Positions 8,587 to 18,524 of a stretch of DNA of 64,000 bases are shown here, piece after piece. The position numbers and the translations under genes were made by a program. The stretch is from the IMG/VR virus record IMGVR_UViG_3300007523_000006, positions 1 to 64,000 of that record; one strand, given 5' to 3'. This stretch comes from an uncultured virus (IMG/VR IMGVR_UViG_3300007523_000006) (Duplodnaviria; Heunggongvirae; Uroviricota; Caudoviricetes). Positions within the stretch are counted from its first letter, which is position 1. Each line of letters opens with the position of its first letter. The notes below the pieces were generated by a model. That model worked only from the letters and a program-made list of their open reading frames with translations. It did no database searches and had not been told where the DNA came from.

Positions 8587-10629
8587 ATGAACGAGAGAAA
8601 AAATATCGTAAGGCAAAATACCACAAGAAAAACGCAAAACGATAAATTGAAAGAAGCGTTGGCAAAAAAGCCGACCGCATCTCATTTGAATACAGTGGGC
8701 ATTTCTCCAATTCAAATGGACCAACTCAGTAGAATGCCGCCAGAAAAAGAAAAATTACTTAAAGATCGTCTGGTCAGAAATTCCAAGAATCGAAAAAGGT
8801 TTAACAATCGTCCCCTGACAGTTGTTCTTTCCGATCAGATAGCTGGCACTAGCTACATGGAGTCATTGGGTTCAAATGATGGTCGGTCCAATGAATGGCC
8901 TGCTCCTGCTTGGTTTCGCACAACACAACCAGTAGATGTTTCTGTAATTATTCCGCTATACAAAAGTGATAGTGTCATACAGGATTTAATTCGTACATGG
9001 CCAATTGAAACAGAAAAATACACTGTCGAAATAATCTTTGTTGACGATCAATGTCCAAAAAAATCAAAAGAAGTAGCATTGAACACCTGGACACTTCGCA
9101 AAAGTGAACTTAAAGGTCCAGTTGGTAAGATCATCTACAATTCAAGCAACAAAGGTTACGGACAAGCCTGTAATGCAGGTGCCGCTGTTGCTTCTGGCAA
9201 ATACTTGATATTTTTGAATGCCGACACAAAGGTTACTTCGGGTTGGGTTGATCCTATGATCGAGTTGTTCAATGATCCCAAAGTTGGATTGGTTGGCAAC
9301 ATGCACCTAAAAGAAGGTGGCGATCATAATGGAACAATCGACAGTGCCGGGTCCGAGTGGAAATGGAACGATATGTCTTTTATTCACATCGGAAGACACT
9401 GTTATCGAAAACAGGGCATTGCCGGACCCTACAAACCAGAAAATGCTCCTAGAGACTTGTTAGAAGTCAACGAACGAGAAATGGTAACTGGTTGCTGTTT
9501 TGCAATGACAAAATCATTGTTTGAATATATTGGCGGATTCAATCCAAATTATAGAATTGGTTATTGGGAAGATTCTGAAATCTGCCTAAACGTCAAAGAA
9601 CTTGGCTACAAGGTCATGTTCCAGCCTAAATCTGTAATCTATCATAAATTAGGACACACAGCATCAGGTGGGCATAGATATTTTGGTCACAACAAACTTT
9701 ACTTCATGAACAAATGGGTCAAATCTCATCGACTCGATGATCTTTTGTTAACAGAAGCACGCTCAAAGAATGACAATCCTGTGAATCGCATTTTAGTTCG
9801 TCGTAGCAATGCTCATGGAGACGCATTGGTTGCAGCAGGCGTATGTGCTGGTCTTCGGAAGAAGTATCCAAAGGCCCACATTATGTTTTGCACTCTCTTT
9901 CCTGAAGTCATATGCCAAAATCCAAACATTGATGAATTCATTGATGTTCGTCAAATACACAAAACTCCATTTGATGTATTTTACAATTTAGATTTTTGCT
10001 ACGAATGGCGTCCAAGGATCAACATCCTTACGGCTTATGCTGAAGCTGTGGGCATCAAGAAAGAAGACTGCAAAGTCTGCATGGTGCCAGAGCCTTTCGA
10101 GTCACTTCCAAAAAATTACATTGTAGTTCACGCTGGTCGTACTGATTGGGTTGGCCGGGATTGGCCACACGAAAACTTCGTTGAATTAACGAAGAGGCTT
10201 ATATCGGCTGGCGAAACTGTAGTGGCTGTTGGCAAATACTCTGAAGGTGAAATCCCTTGCAATCTGGACCTGAGATCAAAGACCAACATCGCACAAATGG
10301 CATTTGTCATGAGCAAAGCAAAGGCGTTTGTCGGCATTGATTCTTTGCCCATGCACGTCGCTCAGGCGTTCGACGTACCAGGAGTTTCTTTCTTTGGCTG
10401 CGTGTGGCCCGAATCAAGAATCTACAGCGATAAGATGCGTGGCATCAACGCAAAAGATTTATCCTGTTTAGGTTGCCACCATCGTAAACCAGCGCCATCT
10501 ACTGTGACTAAGAGTTGCGAAACAGGCACTCTGGATTGCATCAGTGGTGTATCTGTTGATGATATGTGGTTCAAAGTGCAAGACTTACTTGAGGAAGTGA
10601 ACAATGGACGTATTAGCCTCTTGGGATGA
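8587..10629 (+). CDS. Fused GT2 + GT9 (heptosyltransferase-like) glycosyltransferase
   Basis: VSVIIP, VDD, GYGQACN, FLNAD, YWED; then GDAL, VVHAG, DLRSKT, FVGIDS-PMHVA. Confidence 0.9.
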   Translation: MNERKNIVRQNTTRKTQNDKLKEALAKKPTASHLNTVGISPIQMDQLSRMPPEKEKLLKDRLVRNSKNRKRFNNRPLTVVLSDQIAGTSYMESLGSNDGRSNEWPAPAWFRTTQPVDVSVIIPLYKSDSVIQDLIRTWPIETEKYTVEIIFVDDQCPKKSKEVALNTWTLRKSELKGPVGKIIYNSSNKGYGQACNAGAAVASGKYLIFLNADTKVTSGWVDPMIELFNDPKVGLVGNMHLKEGGDHNGTIDSAGSEWKWNDMSFIHIGRHCYRKQGIAGPYKPENAPRDLLEVNEREMVTGCCFAMTKSLFEYIGGFNPNYRIGYWEDSEICLNVKELGYKVMFQPKSVIYHKLGHTASGGHRYFGHNKLYFMNKWVKSHRLDDLLLTEARSKNDNPVNRILVRRSNAHGDALVAAGVCAGLRKKYPKAHIMFCTLFPEVICQNPNIDEFIDVRQIHKTPFDVFYNLDFCYEWRPRINILTAYAEAVGIKKEDCKVCMVPEPFESLPKNYIVVHAGRTDWVGRDWPHENFVELTKRLISAGETVVAVGKYSEGEIPCNLDLRSKTNIAQMAFVMSKAKAFVGIDSLPMHVAQAFDVPGVSFFGCVWPESRIYSDKMRGINAKDLSCLGCHHRKPAPSTVTKSCETGTLDCISGVSVDDMWFKVQDLLEEVNNGRISLLG

Positions 10630-11224
10630 TGGATCAACGGCTGATTTGAAGATGGCTGAACTTATGGCACGCTACAACGTACCAACCATTTTCTATTGGC
10701 CATCCATGCTAGGCAAAGCCAAGAATATGGCAATGACGAGTTCTTGGCTCACAGAAAAGGACTGCAAAGAGATAGCCAGTCGATTTGAAATCGGATCACA
10801 TTCTGCGAGTCATCAAGCAATGAGCAAAATGACCATTCCCCAATTGGGGATGGAAATTACAGATTCTCGTAAACACTGGCAAGACTTGACCGGGCAAGAA
10901 ATTAAATCCTTTGCGTATCCTAAAAGCAGCATGAATAGTTTAACAAAAGCTCTTATTCGAGGAGCGGGCTACGAATCTGCTCGCACCAGCATACCGGGAC
11001 ACTTACAACCCGGTGACGATCCTTTTGCAATTCAATGCACAGTTCAAATCGGGATCGACCGCATTGAATACGTTGATAGATGCTGGGAATACTTTGCTGA
11101 CGATATGTTATCCAAAGCAGAACCCAATAGTGTTTTCTACATCTTCGGAAACTCTTGGGATGTAGAAGCATACAACGATTGGGATGCTTTAGAGTCGCTT
11201 CTTATGAAGATAAAGTCCGCTTAA
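10604..11224 (+). CDS. Polysaccharide deacetylase (NodB-like), possibly degenerate
   Basis: SWDDG, EIGSHSASH, FAYP; last motif GNSWD where GHSWE is usual. Confidence 0.8.
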   Translation: MDVLASWDDGSTADLKMAELMARYNVPTIFYWPSMLGKAKNMAMTSSWLTEKDCKEIASRFEIGSHSASHQAMSKMTIPQLGMEITDSRKHWQDLTGQEIKSFAYPKSSMNSLTKALIRGAGYESARTSIPGHLQPGDDPFAIQCTVQIGIDRIEYVDRCWEYFADDMLSKAEPNSVFYIFGNSWDVEAYNDWDALESLLMKIKSA

Positions 11225-11399
11225 ACCAAGAAAACCAAGGTTCTTTTTCTGGAAGTGGGTCCATTTCATCTAAGAAGTCATTGATATAATCTTCCAAAAC
11301 GAATTGCGGAATCCAACCTAACTTTTCAGTTGTAAACTGAATGTCTGCTAGTGTTGTGTCGGCTTCACCAGGACGCTGAGGTATGTATGCAGTCTTCAT
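11202..11399 (-). pseudogene. Orphan C-terminal fragment of NAD-dependent epimerase/dehydratase
   Basis: PQRPGEADTTLADI...KLGWIP matches extended-SDR C-terminus; no Rossmann part upstream. Confidence 0.65.
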
Positions 11400-11455
11400 A
11401 AAATAGAATAAATTGTACTATATATCTTAGCTGCTTCTGACAACAAGGAGGAATC

Positions 11456-11893
11456 ATGAAACGACAGCTTACCGCATTTGAAGTACAAGATGTTCTTCAC
11501 AAACTAGAATTATATCTTGGCGATCTAAAGGTTCGCTGGGACCAGGAAAACTCTGGAACTCGCTCTTGGTTCACGGTGCCAAGAAGCTACATCTTAAAAG
11601 CCACGACATTTATTGTCGGCATTCTTGACGAATTGATTACATTTGTCGAACCGATTATTCCAGAAGGCAGCGATAAGAAAGCTGCTGTTATGGCAGTAAT
11701 AGGAAAACTATTTGACTACATTGTAGTTCAAGCGTTCCCTTTCTGGCTGAGGCCATTTGCAGGGACAATCAAGACAATTATTGTGGGCATTGTCATCGGT
11801 CACTTGATTGATTTCATCGTCACAAAATACAACTCTGGTTATTGGTCAATGAAGCAGGAGGCTACAAATGGCACAACGGATCAAGTTGCGTAA
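11456..11893 (+). CDS. Hypothetical, probably membrane-associated protein
   Basis: AGGAGG RBS; amphipathic/hydrophobic helices. Confidence 0.75.
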   Translation: MKRQLTAFEVQDVLHKLELYLGDLKVRWDQENSGTRSWFTVPRSYILKATTFIVGILDELITFVEPIIPEGSDKKAAVMAVIGKLFDYIVVQAFPFWLRPFAGTIKTIIVGIVIGHLIDFIVTKYNSGYWSMKQEATNGTTDQVA

Positions 11894-12824
11894 TCCCGTA
11901 TGCAATCTTTTGCCATACGAACGGGAAGATTTCTTGACTATTCAAGAGGTCGCACAAAAAATAGGGTGGGAAATTACAGCATTCAATCTTCCAGAAGCCT
12001 GGGAATTCTCCAAGGGCGAAGGAGTGATCGTTGCTGTACTCGATACGGGAGCAGATTTAGACCATGATGACCTCGTGGAAAATCTTCTTCCTGGCAGGAA
12101 CTTTGTTGATTCAAATTCACCGCCAGAAGATGATAACGGTCATGGATCACACGTCGCTGGCATCATCTGTGCTGCTAATAATGATTTTGGAGTTGTAGGT
12201 GTTGCTCCAAAGGCCAAGATCATTCCGGTTAAGGTGTTAGACAATAAAGGTGCGGGGAACCTACCAAACGTCGCCAATGGAATTCGTTGGGCCGCAGATC
12301 AAGGTGTTGACTTTATTACGTTGTCGCTTGGCGCACCGGCTCAAATGCCAATGATTCAAGATGCCATTCGTTATGCGGCATCCAAAGGAGCAGTAACTTG
12401 GTGTGCTGCTGGTAATGCTGGCAAAACACGACAGATATTCTATCCGGCTGCTTATCCCGAAGTAATCGGCATTGGTGCCATTGATGAAAACTTCGACCGT
12501 GCTTCTTTTAGCTGCACAGGTCCAGACTTGGATTTTGTGGCCCCAGGAGTAAAAATTTTGAGTACGGTTCCAGACAACTGGTATGCCGTTCTATCAGGCA
12601 CGAGTATGGCAAATCCATTTGCCGTAGGCGTGGCGTCATTGCTGTTGTCTTACAAGCGGACCAAGAATCTGAATATTCAGTTGAGAAATAATACTGACTA
12701 TATCAATTTAATGAAATCTTACACAATATCAACGAAAAATCCCGAATACGCCGGTCAAAGATTCTTTGAGGGATTCGGGATTATCGACCCACGCAAGATG
12801 GAATATTGGGTTAAGTCACATTAG
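11868..12824 (+). CDS. Subtilisin-like S8 serine protease
   Basis: VLDTG, HGSHVAG, AAGN, SGTSMA catalytic motifs. Confidence 0.95.
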   Translation: MAQRIKLRNPVCNLLPYEREDFLTIQEVAQKIGWEITAFNLPEAWEFSKGEGVIVAVLDTGADLDHDDLVENLLPGRNFVDSNSPPEDDNGHGSHVAGIICAANNDFGVVGVAPKAKIIPVKVLDNKGAGNLPNVANGIRWAADQGVDFITLSLGAPAQMPMIQDAIRYAASKGAVTWCAAGNAGKTRQIFYPAAYPEVIGIGAIDENFDRASFSCTGPDLDFVAPGVKILSTVPDNWYAVLSGTSMANPFAVGVASLLLSYKRTKNLNIQLRNNTDYINLMKSYTISTKNPEYAGQRFFEGFGIIDPRKMEYWVKSH

Positions 12825-13410
12825 ATTCATTTTGAAGTTGTTCCCGTAGTTCTTGAATCTTTAATTTCAAAACTCCCGCAACTTCATAGTTCTCAACCTT
12901 GACGGCCTTGGCCATCTTGTCCTCAAGGTTTTTAATTTGATCTCGAATATTAAGCGCCGCTTCTTCTACGAGGCGGCGTTTTTCTTGTTCTTCAGGAAAT
13001 CGTTTAGGCACTTTTCCGATGTGCTTGGTAGCTCCGTTTTGGCATTTCTGTAAAATGTGTTCAATAGAAGCGTGATAATGCTCATAGCATTTTACACAAC
13101 CAAATTTACCAGTCTTGGCTATGTCCTCTGGAGTTGTACCACAACCAGGACATTTAGTCGATGATCTTGCAGCTTCACGCTTTTTTGAAGCGACAGTTCC
13201 GAGCATTAGCAGGGACAACAAACCGAGCAAACCACCCAAACCAGAGAGCTTCTCTGGTTCTAGCTTTATCTCTGATTCAATTGGACCGCCTGTATATTTG
13301 GCTGCACATTTTTCACACATATGCAAGTCTGTGTAGCTTCCATCTTTTAATTCTGTGATATGAAGAACCTTCTTCTCATCACAGGGCTGTTTGGAATATG
13401 GACAATCCAT
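12811..13410 (-). CDS. mcsA: McsA-like protein (CxxC motifs + UVR helix)
   Basis: CEKCA, CPGCG, GKFGCVKCY, HIGKVP, AVKVENYEVAG..K..I. Confidence 0.8.
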   Translation of the reverse strand: MDCPYSKQPCDEKKVLHITELKDGSYTDLHMCEKCAAKYTGGPIESEIKLEPEKLSGLGGLLGLLSLLMLGTVASKKREAARSSTKCPGCGTTPEDIAKTGKFGCVKCYEHYHASIEHILQKCQNGATKHIGKVPKRFPEEQEKRRLVEEAALNIRDQIKNLEDKMAKAVKVENYEVAGVLKLKIQELREQLQNESNVT

Positions 13411-13413
13411 AAG

Positions 13414-13995
13414 TCATTCCTTTTTTCTTTCGATTAACTTTTCGACATTGTGAACAGATCGGATTTGATTAAGTGTGAACTCACTTTCTTTCTTATCCAA
13501 TTTGCTGAATTCCTTCAATGTCTTATCGGCGAAATCTTCGTAAGCGATGGCGTATTTCTTTCTTAGGTCCAATAGTTGATTATTGTATTTCTCGACATCG
13601 GTTTTAAGAGCAGGCTTATTTTCTTTTTCGCCTTCACCTTTTGGTTCATAAGCAGGGTCATCGAACTTTTTAAGTTCACGTTCCCATGCCTTTTGCAAAT
13701 TGGTCATCAACTTAGTCTGTTTTTCGGCCAACTCAAGTATAAAAACATTCTGCTCTTGAGTCGAAAAATCACTGAGCTTTTTTTCTTTTTTTGAATCTTT
13801 GGCTACCAATTTGAGGTCTTTATATCCACCACTAAAAGTGGCTGATTCTACTTTTTTGAAATAGTCAAAAGTATTTTTATAGTCTTCCAGAAAAGGAGCA
13901 GACTCTTGAACCAAGATGACTATTTGTGCTGTAGCAGGTTGGCAAACGCCAACGGACACAATCAAGGCGAACAAAAGAAGCAATAGGTTTTTCAT
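13414..13995 (-). CDS. Secreted helical hypothetical protein
   Basis: Signal peptide, K/E-rich. Confidence 0.7.
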   Translation of the reverse strand: MKNLLLLLFALIVSVGVCQPATAQIVILVQESAPFLEDYKNTFDYFKKVESATFSGGYKDLKLVAKDSKKEKKLSDFSTQEQNVFILELAEKQTKLMTNLQKAWERELKKFDDPAYEPKGEGEKENKPALKTDVEKYNNQLLDLRKKYAIAYEDFADKTLKEFSKLDKKESEFTLNQIRSVHNVEKLIERKKE

Positions 13996-14048
13996 TTCAT
14001 CTCCAATATGTGGAACGTCACATATTCATAGGAGCAACAAGTATGAAA

Positions 14049-14873
14049 TTATGCTGGAATGCCATCACCTTTTATTCTCAAAACAAAACCGTCATTTTCA
14101 ATTGCTGGCGTATTGACAGGAACTATTCTCTTGATCCACACAGGAATACTATCAAGGGGACGAATATCGCCTACAGAAGCCGTTGAATCAAAAACGATAT
14201 TGTTGGGGTTTGTGGTATCGACATCAATAACGTCGGCCACACGATTGATGGGACCACCATTAACGGACTTGGCAGCACTAATGGTTGTCAGTTGACTAGA
14301 CACTAGATTATTCCCGCCAGCTTTGAGAACCAAAACTTCGTGATGCCTTTTGGATGCCGCTCCTACAAAATCAATTTCAAACGTCGCACTTGAACCCGAC
14401 AACAACCCAGAAACCGTAACATCTTCGAGATTGGCAATAGATCGAATCGCAGTTTGAAGGTTTCCTGACCAAATGCTTAAATTTGCATCGTAATTTACGA
14501 TTATATCGTGGTTGCTGGTGTCTGTATACGTCAATGTAAAAGAACCACTTGTAATGGACGTGGCGTTCGCAACAGTTAAATTCTGTCGTTCATTGGATAA
14601 ATCGAATCCCAATTGCACCGTTACTTCGCCAGGAACAGTGTAGGCAACATAAATCAATGCGTTGTATAAAGAATCAACATTGCTTTCATTGTTGACATAA
14701 AAACACCGATAGTCAATGACGCCCGATTTAGTTTCGGCATTCGACACATCATCAAACAATCTCTTGTTGAGGATTGGCTGCACAGAGGGTTCGCCGCCCA
14801 GAGAGTTGTTGGGATCGGAATTTATGCTGCCACCTGAAAAAGTAAAAGTAATGTCGGAAATTGACAAGCTCAT
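14049..14873 (-). CDS. Probable virion structural protein (beta-rich)
   Basis: SLGG..LFDDVS..E..G.DYRCFYV.N and VWIKR motifs recalled from phage virion proteins; S/T/N/G rich. Confidence 0.6.
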   Translation of the reverse strand: MSLSISDITFTFSGGSINSDPNNSLGGEPSVQPILNKRLFDDVSNAETKSGVIDYRCFYVNNESNVDSLYNALIYVAYTVPGEVTVQLGFDLSNERQNLTVANATSITSGSFTLTYTDTSNHDIIVNYDANLSIWSGNLQTAIRSIANLEDVTVSGLLSGSSATFEIDFVGAASKRHHEVLVLKAGGNNLVSSQLTTISAAKSVNGGPINRVADVIDVDTTNPNNIVFDSTASVGDIRPLDSIPVWIKRIVPVNTPAIENDGFVLRIKGDGIPA

Positions 14874-15178
14874 TATTTGTTCCCTTCAGTAATATTTTTC
14901 GCAAGGATATATCGGACATTCCGAGGGGTATATCCTGTAAATTCGGCTATTTCTCGCACACCCCAGCCCAATTGAGAAAGATTCATCACTTTCTGATGAT
15001 TTACCTTTTGTCTATTTGGCGACACATCATTTGAGTGTAGAATACGATATATTTCCGCCTCCGACTTCCCAAATTGCTGGGCGATTTCCGAGATGCGTAT
15101 TTTTGGGCTGTTAAGGTAAACATTTATGATGTCCCCGTCCCCGCCCTGATCGGTTATGAATTGTTTGAATCCGTACAT
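14873..15178 (-). CDS. Tandem helix-turn-helix protein
   Basis: ISEIAQQFGKSEAEIYRIL and VREIAEFTGYTPRNVRYIL. Confidence 0.75.
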   Translation of the reverse strand: MYGFKQFITDQGGDGDIINVYLNSPKIRISEIAQQFGKSEAEIYRILHSNDVSPNRQKVNHQKVMNLSQLGWGVREIAEFTGYTPRNVRYILAKNITEGNK

Positions 15179-15265
15179 GCTTTATTAACGCTTGTGGGAT
15201 ATTTTTTCCCAAAGGGCATTGACCCACTTGATGAGCAACTGTAACATTTAGGACTGGAGACTGAT

Positions 15266-16042
15266 ATGAGTTACAACCGCTATATCGACTGGAAGCCGGT
15301 CCCGGCAAACTCGAAGATTCTACAGATATATTCCAAAGGATTGGAATATGCCTTGGTTTCTGCCGATTACGAGCAGTGTCATCCATTCGTGTGGTGTAAA
15401 GACTTTCTCCATGATGTCATGTATGGAACTTTGCACAATAAATGGTTTGAAATATACAAGTTCAAATACAACCCGACACTTGATTCGGCTCCTTGTCTTG
15501 ACCGGATTCGGTTGTTGCTCACAAATTCAAAAGACAAGAAATTTGCAGAAAAAATTCCGGCTGTTATTGATTTCATAAATCAAATTGAAGAACGCCTCAA
15601 AATCAAAAAGTCATTTGCTCGAAAATGCGGTTGTCCACCCGAAGCATACCAAAAAGCTGGTGTGTTTATGTTTGAAGGCAGCAAGAGATGGATTCAATCA
15701 CCGCCAATGCTTTCGCTCTACACTTTGTTGTTGCGTGTAGGGTTCTGTCACACAGTAGGTGACTCCTTTTTGAAAACAATCGAAGGAGTCAAGTCTGGCG
15801 AGATCAAACCTTACCAGAAGAAGGACGGATACTGGCTTAAAAGCTCAGATATTGCCCTTCAAAAGATTTTGCGGGTCGGCGACCGACGAATCTTCTACAG
15901 AGATATTCAGTTGAACTACCCTAGCAATATGCAGATCGACTCGATCCACAACAAGCTGGGTATTATCGGGTTTGCCACGGACATAATGTACAATGCCATT
16001 GGCCAACCCGTTCTCGTTCCGTACTGGCACTATCAAAAGTGA
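15266..16042 (+). CDS. Hypothetical protein co-transcribed with COOH-NH2 ligase
   Basis: GGAG RBS; CKDFLHD motif. Confidence 0.75.
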   Translation: MSYNRYIDWKPVPANSKILQIYSKGLEYALVSADYEQCHPFVWCKDFLHDVMYGTLHNKWFEIYKFKYNPTLDSAPCLDRIRLLLTNSKDKKFAEKIPAVIDFINQIEERLKIKKSFARKCGCPPEAYQKAGVFMFEGSKRWIQSPPMLSLYTLLLRVGFCHTVGDSFLKTIEGVKSGEIKPYQKKDGYWLKSSDIALQKILRVGDRRIFYRDIQLNYPSNMQIDSIHNKLGIIGFATDIMYNAIGQPVLVPYWHYQK

Positions 16043-16051
16043 GGATTAGTT

Positions 16052-16993
16052 ATGGGCTTTACATTTGGAAGCGACCCTGAGTTCATGTTGACGCATCATG
16101 ATGAACTCAAGAGCGCAATCGACATTCTTCCCAAAAAAGAAAATGCCGTAATCAAACACGGGCATGGATATTACTTCGATAATGTCTTAGCTGAGATTGC
16201 AGTAAAACCAGCCAAGAATAAAGACGAAGCTCTATACAACATGCGATCTGCGCTGCATGGACTTGCTCAGGTCATTCAACCTGCCAAGTTCGTCACAAGG
16301 GCATCTGGCAATTACCCTAAAAAAGAATTGAATTGCCCTGATGCCAAGATTGCTGGATGTAATCCAGAATGGAACGTGTACAGTCTTCAACAGGTATTCC
16401 CACCCGACGAGGATGTGGACCTTCTGGATGGCTACTACCAGTTCAAGACGCCATTCCGTTCAGCGGGCGGTCACATCCATATTGGAAGTGATAGCCTTCA
16501 AGACCCTATGGAAGCATTCAGCGTCATTCGCATGATGGACTTGTTCCTGGGCATTCCTTCTATCTTTATGGATACAGATGAGACATCCAAAGACAGAAGA
16601 ACAATCTATGGTCATGCAGGGTCGCATCGTATTCCAGATTATGGTTTGGAATATCGTGCATTGGGTAATTTCTGGCTGTCATCGCCAGAGCATGTTGCTT
16701 TGATGTACGATCTCACTGAATTCGTTTTAGGCTTTGTAAACAAAAAAACCCACGAACGATTCTGGACTGTGAACGAGGATTTGTTGGACGAAGACGATCC
16801 CAGCGTTGCGTATTCTTGTTTTGGCTACGATGTCAATATGCTCCGCAAAGCAATTGACACATGCAGCAGAAAAGAAGCTGATAAGTTCATGATATTCGTG
16901 AGCAACTATCTGCCGACTCGTTTGTCACAAGCGATTGAACGGCTTTCTGGTAAAGCCCTTCCTGATCCTTATGTCGCATGGAATATTGAATAA
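16052..16993 (+). CDS. phiEco32-like COOH-NH2 ligase type 2
   Basis: GSDPEF, DNVLAE, GCNPE, RSAGGHIHIG, RR..YG.AG..R..YGLEYR.L.NFW. Confidence 0.85.
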   Translation: MGFTFGSDPEFMLTHHDELKSAIDILPKKENAVIKHGHGYYFDNVLAEIAVKPAKNKDEALYNMRSALHGLAQVIQPAKFVTRASGNYPKKELNCPDAKIAGCNPEWNVYSLQQVFPPDEDVDLLDGYYQFKTPFRSAGGHIHIGSDSLQDPMEAFSVIRMMDLFLGIPSIFMDTDETSKDRRTIYGHAGSHRIPDYGLEYRALGNFWLSSPEHVALMYDLTEFVLGFVNKKTHERFWTVNEDLLDEDDPSVAYSCFGYDVNMLRKAIDTCSRKEADKFMIFVSNYLPTRLSQAIERLSGKALPDPYVAWNIE

Positions 16994-17658
16994 TGTATGA
17001 AGTATTCGTTCGTGAATCACACGGAGAGTGTCTAGGTTTAATCGTGTTGCTACCGGGTCGTGGACAGCCTGCAAAGGACATCCTGACCCGGTATCATCGC
17101 TATTCGACATTAGATCAATTCACATTGGTGGCTGTAGAGCCAGTCGATGAATGGTATCCTGCGCCAAATGGCGCAGAAGATCAAATGGAAGCGGTATGGG
17201 GGCTGAGGCTATCTGTGCCTCAGATGGATGGGTTCATTGCTGAACTTGAAGAAGAATTTGAAGTGGATAGGTCCAATGTGACCTTGAGTGGTTTTTCAGC
17301 CGGGGCTGTAATGGCAATTCAAATTGCGGCCCACACAGATAGACCATTCAACTCTGTGATTGCTCACAATGGAGCAATTCTGGCACCTGAAGAATTGCCA
17401 GAGTCAATTCATCCAACTAAATATCTTGTTCTTCACAACGAAAATGACGATTGCTTTTCATGGGAAGAACGATATTTGCCTATGAAGAATGCACTAATGG
17501 AACGAGGTTACGACTTAGAAGTGTTCGAGAACGAAGTCGGTGGTCACTATATCGCTCCAGAAGACGTTGAAGAAGTTGGCCTCTGGTTGAGAGAGCAATA
17601 TGATTTACCTATGCCGGAAAAATCAACGGACTCTTTTTCTGAAGAGTCTCCCGAATAA
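16993..17658 (+). CDS. Alpha/beta hydrolase (carboxylesterase-like)
   Basis: GFSAG nucleophile elbow, D, GGH. Confidence 0.85.
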   Translation: MYEVFVRESHGECLGLIVLLPGRGQPAKDILTRYHRYSTLDQFTLVAVEPVDEWYPAPNGAEDQMEAVWGLRLSVPQMDGFIAELEEEFEVDRSNVTLSGFSAGAVMAIQIAAHTDRPFNSVIAHNGAILAPEELPESIHPTKYLVLHNENDDCFSWEERYLPMKNALMERGYDLEVFENEVGGHYIAPEDVEEVGLWLREQYDLPMPEKSTDSFSEESPE

Positions 17659-18319
17659 CTCGGCATGATTGCCTCAAGTCGAACTCTCGACACTTGTGAC
17701 ACATCCACGACAACTTGTATTCTTGGAAGGCCCTCATTTCCAATAATAAACGCTTTTTGTGAATGAAGAATTCTTCTTTGCAACATTTGCATATCGTTTG
17801 AGTGTATCCGTCTTTGGCTTGTTTGCCAATTTTATGTTTGGAATTATGCGATTCATAATATCGCAGTAATTCATCAGGCATATTTGGCACTATGAAATTA
17901 GAGCCAACCAGCCAGCCATATTTAGAACCATCTTTGTGCATTGACGGCGGCACAACAGATTGATGTTTGTGCGCACGGAATTCCATTCCGTTAAAGACCT
18001 TGCGAGTCAAAGAGGGATCGGGATTCAAAAAAATATGATGTGTTGACTTGGAGCTACGAAACTTAGGATGAGGCGTATATTCTGTCATCTGATGCAAAAG
18101 ATCATTCGCCTCTTCTGTATCTCCTTCAACGTCTACTACACTCCCAAGCAATATACCCATTTCGTAGGCGTTTTCAATTTCAAAGTATGGACGCCATTTT
18201 TCAGCGGTCCAGTTGCCATTCCAATTTAGTCCAACAGGGGCTTTCTTTGCTTTGAAAATCGCAATGGGCTGGAACCCGGCTTGAACGTAGAGTTCAAACC
18301 ATTCTGCTTTTGTTGGCAT
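17609..18319 (-). CDS. Bifunctional primase-polymerase N-terminal domain + C-terminal Zn finger
   Basis: K.P...W, GILLG.VVDVE, S....H, VVPPS.H..G..Y.W; CKCC...CHKC. Confidence 0.75.
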   Translation of the reverse strand: MPTKAEWFELYVQAGFQPIAIFKAKKAPVGLNWNGNWTAEKWRPYFEIENAYEMGILLGSVVDVEGDTEEANDLLHQMTEYTPHPKFRSSKSTHHIFLNPDPSLTRKVFNGMEFRAHKHQSVVPPSMHKDGSKYGWLVGSNFIVPNMPDELLRYYESHNSKHKIGKQAKDGYTQTICKCCKEEFFIHKKRLLLEMRAFQEYKLSWMCHKCREFDLRQSCRVIRETLQKKSPLIFPA

Positions 18320-18330
18320 GTGCGTCCTGC

Positions 18331-18489
18331 TTACGAGTGAGATGGATCACGAAGATACGCTTTTGTAGCTTCAATAATATTGTCAGTGGTGAGACTTTCA
18401 ATAACAATGCCCTGACGATGCGCCCACTCTACCACCTTGAGAATATTCTTCTCATTTGATTTGTTGAGCCAGAAGTTTCGCAGTTTCAT
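18331..18489 (-). CDS. Small hypothetical protein (MKLRNFWL...)
   Basis: ORF; start re-assigned. Confidence 0.5.
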   Translation of the reverse strand: MKLRNFWLNKSNEKNILKVVEWAHRQGIVIESLTTDNIIEATKAYLRDPSHS

Positions 18490-18524
18490 TTTGCACACTC
18501 TACTATTGTTAAGAGGTAAAATCA

